NCBI RefSeq assembly: GCF_046119375.1
Contig: NW_027362767.1
Coordinates: 256,494,001 to 256,558,000 of the forward strand
DNA: 64,000 nucleotides
DNA from: Phyllobates terribilis
Lineage: Eukaryota
Direction of reading: 5' to 3'
Shown here: positions 24,001 to 35,434 of the stretch, in pieces
How positions within the stretch are numbered: the first letter of the stretch is position 1
How the letters are laid out: every line of letters begins with the position of its first letter
Position numbers and translations under genes: made by a program
The notes under the pieces: generated by a model
Seen by the model: the letters and a program-made list of their open reading frames with translations, nothing else
The model's database searches: none
Told to the model about the DNA's origin: nothing

Positions 24001-27000
24001 GTACAGCGCCGTATTCCCGGAGGGACGAGACCCCCGCTGCCGTCACTACATGCGAGATTAGGGGGGTCACATATTCAGGAAGTGGTGACGAGTCTGGGGC
24101 TCATCCTTGACTAGAGACCCCTTTTATTTTTTCCGCAGTTCCATGCTATAGACAGATCCTAAATGTGAGAATGTTCTCATAGATCTCCCCCACAATCCAA
24201 CACAAGAACCATCATAACCTGGGTTCAGTGGAGCTGTGGAGGGGTCGGGGGTCACTGAAATGCTGATTTATCGTTGCAGGGAGTCAGCACACCAGTCACA
24301 TCTGGCTATACCCCACGGAGCAATGTCACCAGCTCTGATGAACTGATGCATAATGGATCATCTGCAACTTTCTAAATGACCGAGGTTCCATTTTTCATCA
24401 GATCTGTGCTTGCTGTCAGTAAATCATTACAGCCTTGTTTACATGCAGCGTGCCATCCCCACCCTGACCTGGTCCTGCTGACACAGTGGCACGCCTCGTT
24501 ACAGAGCATCAGTGTTCTCTTTTGTAACCAGCCGTGTACCGCTCAGCAGAACAATATGGGGATGGGGCTGAGTCTCCGGATATAAACAAGAAGCAGTTTA
24601 CCGGCAGGAAACAGAAATAAAATATAAAACCCAGAAATCTCGTCCCTCGCTGGCGCTTTGTACTCACTTTCTCAACAGCCGGTCTCCGTAGATGGGGATG
24701 AAGTAAGGGAAGAGATATGGAGAAATGCACGTGGACACCAGGAGGCAGAATACGCAGAGGATCAGGCTGCGGACCACCCGCCGGAACCAGCTGAAAGTCT
24801 GCGAAGAAGGAGGAATGAGACCACACCAGCAAGAAGCATTGGGAGGAGACCCCCAAAGCCCAGCCGCACATTGCCTGCATGGACATACTGGGAAAATGGT
24901 GCACAATGAATATGATGAGTGTCCGGCAGATTTAGTGGACGCTGCTCCAGAACATGAGACACTGGTCATTAAAAGGGGCGCAGACAACTCCGCAAGTGGC
25001 CATACCCCGCAAACAGCTGCTGACTAAACTCCTGGCCTACTGACAGCCCATCCTCTGGAGCCCCCGAAGACCTGCACGGGCAGGGCCGAGCAGGCAGGTG
25101 CTGTCTATGGGGAGTAGGCTGCTGCCAGGCACCTCTGCCCCCATCCTTCAGGGATGGTTTATCTCCTATCAGAACAAACAGATCGGGCATATTGCTATCG
25201 AACATGCCCCATCCCTCCTGACAATACACACTATACGAGTCAACCTCTGACACAATGTTTCTTCACCATCTGCTCTTATCAGCCCCGGTCCCCGCCATTA
25301 TCCTCACCATTTTCCGTCCATTCACTGCATCCAAGTAACTGGTAAAACTTATCCAAGGGCCGAAGATGACGGTGCCCACAAAGTAGACGTATCCCATGAA
25401 TTCCACTGGAGATGGAATGGTGCGCACGATACCGCGATCCACATCGAAGCCCAAAGACACTGCTTTCATGGCCACGATCATCTGTGCACCTACATGGTGA
25501 GAAAGAAGGGAAGTGTCAAAGGTCAACCCAAAGAATAGGGGTCCGGCATGGAAAACCAACCTCGCATCTTGTGCCAGCTGACGGTGTCCACCATGTGCAT
25601 CTCCCTGGAAGGAGGAGACAAAGGCGTCAGTGAGTTTCTGTGCAGTCATCCGTGTGCCGCACTGTGGGGCGCAGAACGGCAGCTCTCACCCCATCAGCAG
25701 ATAGATGAGGATAGTGACGGACAACAGGACCCCGCGATGCTGCGAGTGACGGCACAAGAACAGCACCAGGTAACACAGCAGGCTGAGGAGGACCACCCAA
25801 ATCATCTGCAGCTGGAAGAAGTGGTAGAGGCAGAAGAAGCCCCCGGCAATGGTGAACAGGTGCTTCACGTGGGAAGGGAGGCCTGCGGAGAGCGATGGGG
25901 GAAAGGAAACATCAGGAGCTACAGCTCACAGCAGGGTACACAGCGCAGACATGCAGCCAGGATACGCAGGGCGGACACGCAGCCAGGATCACACAGCCAA
26001 GACCCCTAGCCAGGACACGCAGCCAGGACACGCAGCCAGGACCCGCAGCAGATGCAGCAGTAGCAAGAGATCTCTGCTCGCTCAGTGAATGATACCATCT
26101 GCTCTCTGGCTGATGAACTGTACAGACCTAACACCTCTGAAAGCAGAGAGGATTACACTGCACACATCCACAGCCCAAACCTCTGCAGACCCGGCGGTCC
26201 ATTACAGTGCATCGGTGTAGGTAATATGTACTGGAGACCCCGCAGTTCGTTACAGTGCATCGGTGCAGGTAACACATACACAGGACTTTCCAGCCTTTCT
26301 CACTATGTAACAATAGTGTTGAGCCAACGTGCTCTGATAAAACGTTATCCAAGCACGGTCGCTCAACAGTAGTGATCAGCTGTGTAACTCGCACACCTAC
26401 ATGACTGCGGCGCACACCTATACAAGACGTCGGCGCACACCCATACAAGACGGCGGCCCACGCCCACACAAGACTGCGGCCCACACCCATACAAGACTGC
26501 GGCCCACACCCATACAAGACGTCGGCGCACACCCATACAAGACGTCGGCCCACGCCCACACAAGACTGCGGCCCACACCCATACAAGACGGCGGCCCACA
26601 CCCATACAAGACGGCGGCCCACACCCACACAAGACGGCGGCCCACACCCACACAAGACGGCGGCCCACACCCATACAAGACGGCGGCCCACACCCATACA
26701 AGACTGCGGCGCACACCTATACATGACTGCGGCGCACACCTATATATGACTGCGGCGCACACCTATATATGACTGCGGCGCACACCTACATGACTGCGGC
26801 GCACACCTACATGACTGCGGCGCACACCTACATGACAGCGGCCCACACCTACATATGACAGCGGCGCACACCTATATATGACTGCGGCCCACACCTACAT
26901 GACTGCGGCCCACACCTACATGACTGCGGCCCACACCTATACATGACTGCGGCCCACACCTATACATGACTGCGGCCCACACCTATACATGACTGCGGCC

Positions 27001-29081
27001 CACACCTATACATGACTGCGGCCCACACCTATACATGACTGCGGCGCACACGTACATGACTGCGGCGCACACCTATATATGACTGCGGCGCACACCTATA
27101 TATGACTGCGGCCCACACCTACATGACTGCGGCCCACACCTATACATGACTGCGGCCCACACCTATACATGACTGCGGCCCACACCTATACATGACTGCG
27201 GCCCACACCTATACATGACTGCGGCCCACACCTATACATGACTGCGGCCCACACCTATATATGACTGCGGCGCACACCTATATATGACTGCGGCGCACAC
27301 CTATATATGACTGCGGCGCACACCTACATGACTGCGGCGCACACCTACATGACAGCGGCCCACACCTACATATGACAGCGGCGCACACCTATATATGACT
27401 GCGGCCCACACCTACATGACTGCGGCCCACACCTATACATGACTGCGGCCCACACCTATACATGACTGCGGCCCACACCTATACATGACTGCGGCGCACA
27501 CCTATATATGACTGCGGCGCACACCTATATATGACTGCGGCGCACACCTACATGACTGCGGCCCACACCTACATGACTGCGGCCCACACCTACATGACTG
27601 CGGCCCACACCTACATGACTGCGGCCCACACCTATACATGACTGCGGCGCACACCTATATATGACTGCGGCGCACACCTATATATGACTGCGGCGCACAC
27701 CTATATATGACTGCGGCGCACACCTATATATGACTGCGGCGCACACCTATATATGACTGCGGCGCACACCTACATGACTGCGGCGCACACCTACATGACA
27801 GCGGCCCACACCTACATATGACAGCGGCGCACACCTATATATGACTGCGGCCCACACCTACATGACTGCGGCCCACACCTACATGACTGCGGCCCACACC
27901 TACATGACTGCGGCCCACACCTACATGACTGCGGCCCACACCTACATGACTGCGGCCCACACCTACATGACTGCGGCCCACACCTACATGACTGCGGCCC
28001 ACACCTACATGACTGCGGCCCACACCTATACATGACTGCGGCCCACACCTATACATGACTGCGGCCCACACCTATACATGACTGCGGCGCACACCTATAT
28101 ATGACTGCGGCCCACACCTACATGACTGCGGCCCACACCTATACATGACAGCGGCCCACACCTATACATGACAGCGGCGCACACCTATATATGACTGCGG
28201 CCCACACCTACATGACTGCGGCCCACACCTACATGACTGCGGCCCACACCTACATGACTGCGGCCCACACCTACATGACTGCGGCCCACACCTACATGAC
28301 TGCGGCCCACACCTACATGACTGCGGCCCACACCTACATGACTGCGGCCCACACCTATACATGACTGCGGCCCACACCTATACATGACTGCGGCCCACAC
28401 CTATATATGACTGCGGCCCACACCTACATGACTGCGGCCCACACCTACATGACTGCGGCCCACACCTACATGACTGCGGCCCACACCTACATGACTGCGG
28501 CCCACACCTACATGACTGCGGCCCACACCTATACATGACTGCGGCCCACACCTACATGACTGCGGCCCACACCTACATGACTGCGGCCCACACCTATACA
28601 TGACTGCGGCCCACACCTATACATGACTGCGGCCCACACCTATACATGACTGCGGCCCACACCTATACATGACTGCGGCCCACACCTACATGACTGCGGC
28701 CCACACCTATATATGACTGCGGCCCACACCTACATGACTGCGGCCCACACCTACATGACTGCGGCCCACACCTATACATGACTGCGGCCCACACCTATAC
28801 ATGACTGCGGCCCACACCTATACATGACTGCGGCCCACACCTATACATGACTGCGGCGCATGTCATCGGTTTTCGGCACTACATGCACTTGTCCCCGTGC
28901 TCTAACGTCCCCCTTCCTGTTTGTGCCCCTGGAACGTGATCTTACCAAACCTCCACAGCAGCCGGCAGCCCAGACACAGCAGCAGCAGCACCCAGATCTG
29001 CTCCAGGCCTTGCACAGCGGTGGGGAGGATGCAGCCATGAAGGAGCTGTTCATAAAATTCTCTGCGGCTGAAGGCGGCCAT
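17915..29081 (-). CDS. PORCN: Protein-serine O-palmitoleoyltransferase porcupine (MBOAT), 14 coding exons, 1386 nt = 461 aa
   Basis: Exons 29081-28946, 25882-25690, 25604-25561, 25489-25308, 24798-24668, 23920-23903, 23373-23359, 22817-22692, 22614-22514, 22367-22291, 21900-21837, 20014-19929, 19716-19606 and 18016-17915. The catalytic His falls at codon 341 (ASALLH). C-terminus WVFYRLIG. Confidence 0.97.
18627..19239. mobile_element. Non-autonomous MITE, probably PIF/Harbinger
   Basis: TTA flanks at 18624-26 and 19240-42, imperfect TIRs (agcccccgtctcatatagcga / tcgctaagtgtgtcggggcct), internal duplicated hairpins. Confidence 0.7.
19268..19503. mobile_element. Palindromic Penelope-like relic with hammerhead cores
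   Basis: Inverted arms around 19397; CUGAUGA...GAAACGCGUUGAC on the - strand. Confidence 0.6.
19606..19716 (-). CDS. PORCN: PORCN exon ([12 protein letters not shown]...YLGSLFD...EE)
   Basis: taccag| acceptor and |gtaaaa donor, 111 nt. Confidence 0.92.
19929..20014 (-). CDS. PORCN: PORCN exon ([18 protein letters not shown])
   Basis: atcag| acceptor and |gtaaaa donor, 86 nt. Confidence 0.92.
20262..21809. mobile_element. Fold-back Tc1 derivative (two inverted 3' halves)
   Basis: TA|cactgtgttccaaattattatgc...cataataatttggaacacagtg|TA; 20262-20913 is an inverted copy of about 21153-21809; transposase C-terminus ([17 protein letters not shown]) on both strands. Confidence 0.92.
21837..21900 (-). 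CDS. PORCN: PORCN exon ([21 protein letters not shown])
   Basis: cccag| acceptor and |gtaagt donor, 64 nt. Confidence 0.93.
22291..22367 (-). CDS. PORCN: PORCN exon with catalytic His (VFKNALKLG...ASALLH)
   Basis: catcag| acceptor and |gtgagt donor, 77 nt. Confidence 0.93.
22514..22614 (-). CDS. PORCN: PORCN exon ([16 protein letters not shown]...WN)
   Basis: ttcag| acceptor and |gtaagg donor, 101 nt. Confidence 0.93.
22692..22817 (-). CDS. PORCN: PORCN exon ([18 protein letters not shown])
   Basis: gtgcag| acceptor and |gtgagt donor, 126 nt. Confidence 0.93.
23359..23373 (-). CDS. PORCN: PORCN 15-nt microexon (GLVVR)
   Basis: ttttcttggtggcag|GGGTCTTGTTGTACG|gtaagt. Confidence 0.85.
23903..23920 (-). 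CDS. PORCN: PORCN 18-nt microexon (KKRKAR)
   Basis: Long pyrimidine tract + ctccag|TAAGAAACGTAAAGCCAG|gtattc. Confidence 0.88.
24668..24798 (-). CDS. PORCN: PORCN exon (TFSWFRR...PYLFPYFIP)
   Basis: tcgcag| acceptor and |gtgagt donor, 131 nt. Confidence 0.93.
25308..25489 (-). CDS. PORCN: PORCN exon ([15 protein letters not shown]...GPWI)
   Basis: tgtag| acceptor and |gtgagg donor, 182 nt. Confidence 0.93.
25561..25604 (-). CDS. PORCN: PORCN exon ([14 protein letters not shown])
   Basis: ttccag| acceptor and |gttggt donor, 44 nt. Confidence 0.92.
25690..25882 (-). CDS. PORCN: PORCN exon (LPSHVKHLF...YLLM)
   Basis: ccgcag| acceptor and |gtgaga donor, 193 nt. Confidence 0.92.
25960..26060. 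repeat. Short tandem repeat (gcagccaggacac-like)
   Basis: Several imperfect copies just upstream of the PORCN acceptor at 25883. Confidence 0.6.
26390..28858. repeat. 21/23-bp CpG-containing minisatellite in a PORCN intron
   Basis: Unit catgactgcggcccacaccta(ta); variant block cccacacccatacaagacggcgg near 26420-26710. Confidence 0.95.
28946..29081 (-). CDS. PORCN: PORCN first coding exon ([17 protein letters not shown]...)
   Basis: ATG at 29081, G|gtaag donor; upstream acceptor at 29122 implies a non-coding first exon. Confidence 0.92.
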
Positions 29082-29207
29082 TTTTGGTCCTGGGAATCTG
29101 GGGGCTCAGTGGTCCCGACCTCTGGAAACAGAGAAAACCCCATCACCTACATAGATAAATGTACAGAGGCCTGGGACATAAGAACATGGCACAGCAATAA
29201 GTGTCAC

Positions 29208-29610
29208 CTCACTGCCAGCTGTAGCTCCTCTATGCCATCCCTGCTACTGCCATCCCTGCTGCCATTCTCCCCTCTCAGGGGGATACTCTTATCACTGCTA
29301 CTTGAAACAAACCAATAAGAGCTGAGTAAAGAGGAACTCCACCAATCACAACTCAGAACTGCATCCTGCAAGCCAATCAAAGAACAGAGGAAACCAACCA
29401 ATGACATAAAGGAATATGGGAATCCTGACCAATCACAAGCAGAGATGAATAACTATGCGCGTCACAGGCCGAAGCAACAGCAAACAACCAATCATGGGAA
29501 AGTATCCGACAGCTGGACCAATCAAAAACCAGGACGTCAGGGAACGCGCGAAGCTGCCAATCTGCTAAACGACTGACTTGATTGCCAGATCTATTGACCA
29601 ATGAAACGTA
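29208..29610 (-). promoter_or_regulatory. Putative PORCN promoter and non-coding exon 1 with a CCAAT array
   Basis: Nine CCAAT boxes from 29312 to 29602, a GC-box-like gaggcggg, and a candidate donor GAG|gtgaca at 29207. Confidence 0.5.
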
Positions 29611-29779
29611 GAAAGAGGCGGGATTAAGCGCGGAACTTACATATAAGTATTAAAATGACATTTTCGATAGTTGTGATTTCTGTATTATAACTGAAAACAT
29701 GCAAGTACATTATAAATCTAAATCAACGTGCGAAATGATCAGACGAATAATAATGCAGCGTTTTTATGTAGTCTACAGG

Positions 29780-31030
29780 CATCTAGTGAAATCTCTACTA
29801 CCACCTAGTGGCAGAATTAAATTACTACATGCAGAACATATGTTTTTGCTGTCACCTGGTGTTAAAACTAGATAATTACATTCATCAATACTAATATATT
29901 AATCTCTACTACCTCCTAGCGGCAGCATTAAATTACTACATGTAGCTCACAAGTTTTTGCTGCCATCTTGTGTTAAAACTAGGTAATTACATGCAACAAT
30001 ACTAATATATTAATCTCTATTACCACCTAGAGGCAGAATTAAATTACTGCATTCACAGCACATGTTTTTGCTGCTGCCTGGTGTTACAACTAGGTAATTA
30101 CATTCATCAATACTAATCTCTACTACCACCTAGCGGCAGCATTAAATTACTACATGCAGGGCACATGTTTTTGCTGCCACCTGGTGTTAAAATTAGGTAA
30201 TTAAATTAAACAATACTAATATATAAATCTCTACTACCACCTAGCAGCAGAATTAAATTACAGGGAAAATATATATTTTTGTACCGTGTTAGCCAGTAGA
30301 TAGAAAAATATTTAGATTTGAGAGTCCTCAGTGGTTGATACCTTTTAATGGCTAACTGAAAAGAGGGTAACAAATTGCAAGCTTGCGAGACTACATAGTT
30401 CTGGCTGTAAATATTGGAGCAGTTCATAGATAAGGAGTGTGAAAATGTTATTGTCTTGTTACTGAAGTCTGGTCCAGGGTTGTGGGGGCATCACAACCCT
30501 AGACCAGACCTCAGTCACAGGGCAATAAAACCTTCACACTCCTTATCTATGAACTGCTCCAATATTTACTGCCAGAACTGTTTCTCCCTCTCCCATAGTA
30601 ATATCTCTGCTTTACATCACCTGTCTCATCCATTACATTATTTCTGTGTCCTATTGTGTATAAATATGTGACTCTTCAGATTTCATGTTATATGATGCCT
30701 GATGTAGAGACCTGAGTAGTCTCGAAAGCTTGCAATTTGTTACCATCTTTTCAGTTAGCCATTAAAAGGTATCAACCACTGAGGACTCTCAAATTAAATT
30801 ACTGCATTCAGAGCATGTTTTTGCTGCCACTTGATGTTAAAACTAGTTAATTACATGCACCAATACTAATATATTAATCTCTACTACCACCTAGGGGCAG
30901 AATTAAATTATTGCATTGAAAGCACATGTTTTTGCTGCTATCTGGTGTTAAAACTAGGTAATTACATGTATCAATACTGATCTATTAATTTCTACTACCA
31001 CCAAGTGGCAGAATTAAATTACTACATGCA
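29780..31030. repeat. Degenerate AT-rich tandem repeat of about 130 bp (further copies near 31690-31930)
   Basis: Recurring aattaaattactacatgca...aatctctactaccacctag. Confidence 0.8.
30262..30791 (+). mobile_element. Penelope-like insertion with nested inverted repeats and a hammerhead-like motif
   Basis: 11-bp TSD aattaaattac at 30251-61 and 30792-802; terminal IR about 30309-30399 vs 30714-30791; motif at 30694-30736. Confidence 0.7.
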
Positions 31031-31039
31031 GAGCACATA

Positions 31040-31420
31040 CTGTATGGAGCAATATATGGAGCCCACACTGAATTTAGCAATATATGGGGCCCATACTGTA
31101 TGGATCAATATATTGTGCATTATTCTGTATGGAGCATTATATGGGGCACATTATTCTTTATGCAGCATTTTATGTGGTCAATTATACAGTATGGAGCATT
31201 ATATGAAGGTCATTATTCTGTATGGAGCATTATATGGGGCCCATAATTCTGTATGAAGCATTATATGGGGCTCATTATTCTGTATGGAGCAATATATGGA
31301 GTCCCTTATTCTGTATGGAGTAGTATATGGAGTCCCTTATTCTGTATGGTGCATTATATGGTTCTCATTATACTGTATGGAGCACTATGTGGTGCCCATA
31401 ATACTGTATGGAGGACTATA
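31040..31420. repeat. Degenerate tandem repeat of about 30 bp
   Basis: tattctgtatggagcattatatggggc-like units. Confidence 0.75.
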
Positions 31421-32004
31421 CTGTCCGGTCTGCACTGTGCGCTGCGAGGATTCACCGGTTTCTGAGCTATTGTGGAATTTACAATAGATAACGCTCATGT
31501 AATGTAAGAAGTGAAATCTTTGCATTGTACTATATATATATTTCTCTGCCGTATCTGTGCATCATGAATCGTGGTATGTGTTAAATGGGCCCACTGAAAC
31601 TCTTTCGCCCGGAGCCCAGAAAAACCTGGACCCGGCCCTGGGAGAAAGAAATGGTACATGGGCGTGGATTGGGGTGTGGTCAAGGGGCGTGGTGGAATTA
31701 AGTTACTGCATCTAGACACCATGTTTTTGCTGCTACCTTGTGTCACATACAGGTATTTACATGCATCAACACCAAGATATAAATCTCTACTGTCACCTAG
31801 TGGCAGAAATAAATTACAGGTAATTATCTGCATCCATACTAATACATAAACCGCTACTACAGTATTGCCTACTGGTAAAATTGATGTACTATATATAGAA
31901 TATAAATATGTAATGCCACCTAGTGTTATTGCTGTGGAACTACATACATATGAATAAAGAGAACATTTCAGCTCACCCCTGAGATGTAATCCCAGTCTGG
32001 CATG

Positions 32005-34000
32005 GAGCATGGCGTCCTCGCTGCTGCACGGCGTCCTTGCTTCTGCACGGCGTCCTCGCTGCTGCACGGCGTCCTCGCTGCTCCACGGCGTCCTCGCTGC
32101 TGCACGTCGTCCTCGCTGCTGCACGGCGTCCTCGCTGCTGCACGGCGTCCTCGTTGCTGCACGGCGTCCTCGCTGCTGCACGGCGTCCTCGCTGCTGCAC
32201 GGCGTCCTCGTTGCTGCACGGCGTCCTCGCTGCTGCACGGCGTCCTCGTTGCTGCACGGCGTCCTCGTTGCTGCACGGCGTCCTCGCTGCTGCACGGCGT
32301 CCTCGCTGCTGCACGGCGTCCTCGTTGCTGCACGGCGTCCTCGCTGCTGCACGGCGTCCTCGTTGCTGCACGGCGTCCTCGTTGCTGCACGGCGTCCTCG
32401 CTGCTGCACGGCGTCCTCGTTGCTGCACGGCGTCCTCGTTGCTGCAAGGCGTCCTCATTGCTGCACGGCGTCCTCGCTGCTGCACGGCGTCCTCGTTGCT
32501 GCACGGCGTCCTCGTTGCTGCACGGCGTCCTCGCTGCTGCACGGCGTCCTCGTTGCTGCACGGCGTCCTCGCTGCTGCACGGCGTCCTCGTTGCTGCACG
32601 GCGTCCTCGCTGCTGCACGGCGTCCTCGTTGCTGCACGGCGTCCTCGTTGCTGCACGGCGTCCTCGCTGCTGCACGGCGTCCTCGTTGCTGCACAGCGTC
32701 CTCGTTGCTGCAAGGCGTCCTCATTGCTGCACGGCGTCCTCGTTGCTGCACGGCGTCCTCGTTGCTGCACGGCGTCCTCGCTGCTGCACGGCGTCCTCGT
32801 GCACTGCGTCCTCGTTGCTGCACGGCGTCCTCGCTGCTGCACGGCGTCCTCGTTGCTGCATGGCGTCCTCGCTGCTGCACGGCGTCCTCGTTGCTGCACG
32901 GCGTCCTCGCTGCTGCACGGCGTCCTCGTTGCTGCACGGCGTCCTCGCTGCTGCACGGCGTCCTCGTTGCTGCACGGCGTCCTCGCTGCTGCACGGCGTC
33001 TTCGCTGCTGCACGGCGTCCTCGTGCACTGCGTCCTCGTTGCTGCACGGCGTCCTCGCTGCTGCACGGCGTCCTCGTTGCTGCACGGCGTCCTCGTTGCT
33101 GCACGGCGTCCTCGCTGCTGCACGGCGTCCTCGTTGCTGCACGGCGTCCTCGCTGCTGCACGGCGTCCTCGTTGCTGCACGGCGTCCTCGTTGCTGCACG
33201 GCGTCCTCGCTGCTGCACGGCGTCCTCGTTGCTGCACAGCGTCCTCGTTGCTGCAAGGCGTCCTCGTTGCTGCACGGCGTCCTCGTTGCTGCACGGCGTC
33301 CTCGTTGCTGCACGGCGTCCTCGTGCACTGCGTCCTCGTTGCTGCACGGCGTCCTCGCTGCTGCACGGCGTCCTCGTTGCTGCACGGCGTCCTCGCTGCT
33401 GCACGGCGTCCTCGTTGCTGCACGGCGTCCTCGCTGCTGCACGGCGTCCTCGTTGCTGCACGGCGTCCTCGCTGCTGCACGGCGTCTTTGCTGCTGCACG
33501 GCGTCCTCGCTGCTGCACGGCGTCTTCGCTGCTGCACGGCGTCCTCGCTGCTGCACGGCGTCCTCGCTGCTGCACGGCGTCCTCGCTGCTGCACGGCGTC
33601 TTCGCTGCTGCACGGCGTCCTCGCTGCTGCACGGCGTCCTCGCTGCTGCACGGCGTCCTCGCTGCTGGCACGGCGTCCTCGTTGCTGCACGGCGTCCTCG
33701 TTGCTGCACGGCGTCCTCGCTGCTGCACGGCGTCCTCGTTGCTGCACGGCGTCCTCGTTGCTGCAAGGCGTCCTCGTTGCTGCACGGCGTCCTCGTTGCT
33801 GCACGGCGTCCTCGCTGCTGCACGGCGTCCTCGCTGCTGCACGGCGTCCTCGCTGCTGCACGGCGTCTTCGCTGCTGCACGGCGTCCTCGCTGCTGCACG
33901 GCGTCCTCGCTGCTGCACGGCGTCCTCGCTGCTGCACGGCGTCTTCGCTGCTGCACGGCGTCCTCGCTGCTGCACGGCGTCCTCGTTGCTGCACGGCGTC
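32005..34000. repeat. 19-bp GC/CpG-rich minisatellite, about 105 copies
   Basis: Unit gctgcacggcgtcctcg(c/t)t; 19-aa periodicity in the overlapping ORFs. Confidence 0.97.
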
Positions 34001-34359
34001 TACCACTATATGGTCACCATATGGCGGTAATATCAGCGCTGGTCTTTGTATAATGAATTATTTCCAGTAACAGTGTGGTCATCTGCTGAGTTTCCCCTAC
34101 ACCCACTATTAGGCTGCACCGCCGTAGTTGTATGCAGGGTTACTGGTTAGGGGCCCACTCTGATGTTCACCTTCCAGAAACGTTCCCCCTTAGCCCGCAG
34201 TCCAGAGTCTCTCACCTAGACAATTTGCATATTACATACAGTGCACACTTATACTGACACCTGCTGGCAAAATATCATTACTACTTCTAGTGAACGTTAT
34301 ACAGTGAATAATCTAATCTATACAGTGGGCCGGAATGGATGCAAACGCTGTAATAGTCT

Positions 34360-34661
34360 GGAGCCAATCAAGTACTGGGGGCGGTCCTTTTTCACATATT
34401 TCAGCCAATAGGCGTTGATAGAACGAGCGTCGTCCGAGGTTCATAGACCACATAGGCTCCACCCCTAACTTTATTCACCCAATCACATGTCGCCTTTTCC
34501 AATAGGGAAGCGGAGCTGCCTTGAAGTTAATGAATGAGCCGACAATGTGTCCGTGTAACGTCGGCTCCTGATTGGCTGAATGGTGACAATGTCGTGCAAT
34601 GATTGGGGGAAGAACGCAAGAGGGCGGGGTTATACTGGTCTCTGTCTACTTGATGTAAAAG
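34360..34661 (+). promoter_or_regulatory. EBP promoter and non-coding exon 1
   Basis: CCAAT at 34364, 34405, 34479 and 34499; ATTGG at 34571 and 34602; GC boxes at 34377 and 34621; AAG|gtgagt donor at 34662. Confidence 0.7.
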
Positions 34662-34665
34662 GTGA

Positions 34666-34760
34666 GTGAGACCTGAAGGTGCGGGGAGCAGTGCGGAGGT
34701 GAGACCTGAAGGTGCGGGGAGCAGTGCGGAGGTGAGACCGGAAGGTGCAGGGAGCAGCGG
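34666..34760 (+). repeat. 33-bp tandem repeat (about 3 copies), each unit starting with a GTGAG donor-like motif
   Basis: gtgagacctgaaggtgcggggagcagtgcggag at 34666 and 34699, diverged copy at 34732. Confidence 0.8.
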
Positions 34761-34926
34761 TGAGGCCTGGAGCCCCAGCCTTCTCTACTCCTGTNNNNNN
34801 NNNNNNNNNNNNNNNNNNNNNNNNNNNNNNNNNNNNNNNNNNNNNNNNNNNNNNNNNNNNNNNNNNNNNNNNNNNNNNNNNNNNNNNNNNNNNNNNNNNN
34901 NNNNNNNNNNNNNNNNNNNNNNNNNN

Positions 34927-35434
34927 NNNNNNNNNNNNNNNNNNNNTGTGTGTGTGTGGAGCTGTGCTGTGTGTGTGTGGAGCTGTGCTGTGTGTGTGTG
35001 TGGAGCTGTGCGGTGTGTGTGTGTGTGTGGAGCTGTGCGGTGTGTGTGTGTGGAGCTGTGCGGTGTGGGTGGAGCTGTGCGGTGTGTGTGTGTGTGTGTG
35101 TGTGGAGCTGTGCGGTGTGTGTGTGTGTGTGTGTGGAGCTGTGCGGTGTGTGTGTGTGGAGCTGTGCGGTGTGNNNNNNNNNNNNNNNNNNNNNNNNNNN
35201 NNNNNNNNNNNNNNNNNNNNNNNNNNNNNNNNNNNNNNNNNNNNNNNNNNNNNNNNNNNNNNNNNNNNNNNNNNNNNNNNNNNNNNNNNNNNNNNNNNNN
35301 NNNNNNNNNNNNNNNNNNNNNTGGAGCTGTGCGGTGTGTGTGTGTGTGGAGCTGTGCGGTGTGTGTGTGTGGAGCTGTGCGGTGTGTGTGTGTGTGTGTG
35401 GAGCTGTGCGGTGTGTGTGTGTGGAGCTGTGCGG
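34927..35434. repeat. (GT)n-GGAGCTGTGCG compound repeat flanked by N gaps
   Basis: Visible between N runs; true length unknown. Confidence 0.85.

Noticed and set aside
26128-28616. ORFs such as (MTAAHTY)n and (CGPQSCR)n
   Set aside because: Translation of the 21/23-bp intronic minisatellite
31495-34070. Overlapping ORFs of 235-683 aa as real genes
   Set aside because: Explained by a stop-free 19-bp tandem unit; 19-aa periodicity in every frame; no non-repeat domain
34440-34620. A specific sterol regulatory element in the EBP promoter
   Set aside because: NF-Y and Sp1-type sites are clear, but I could not locate a convincing ATCACCCCAC-type match
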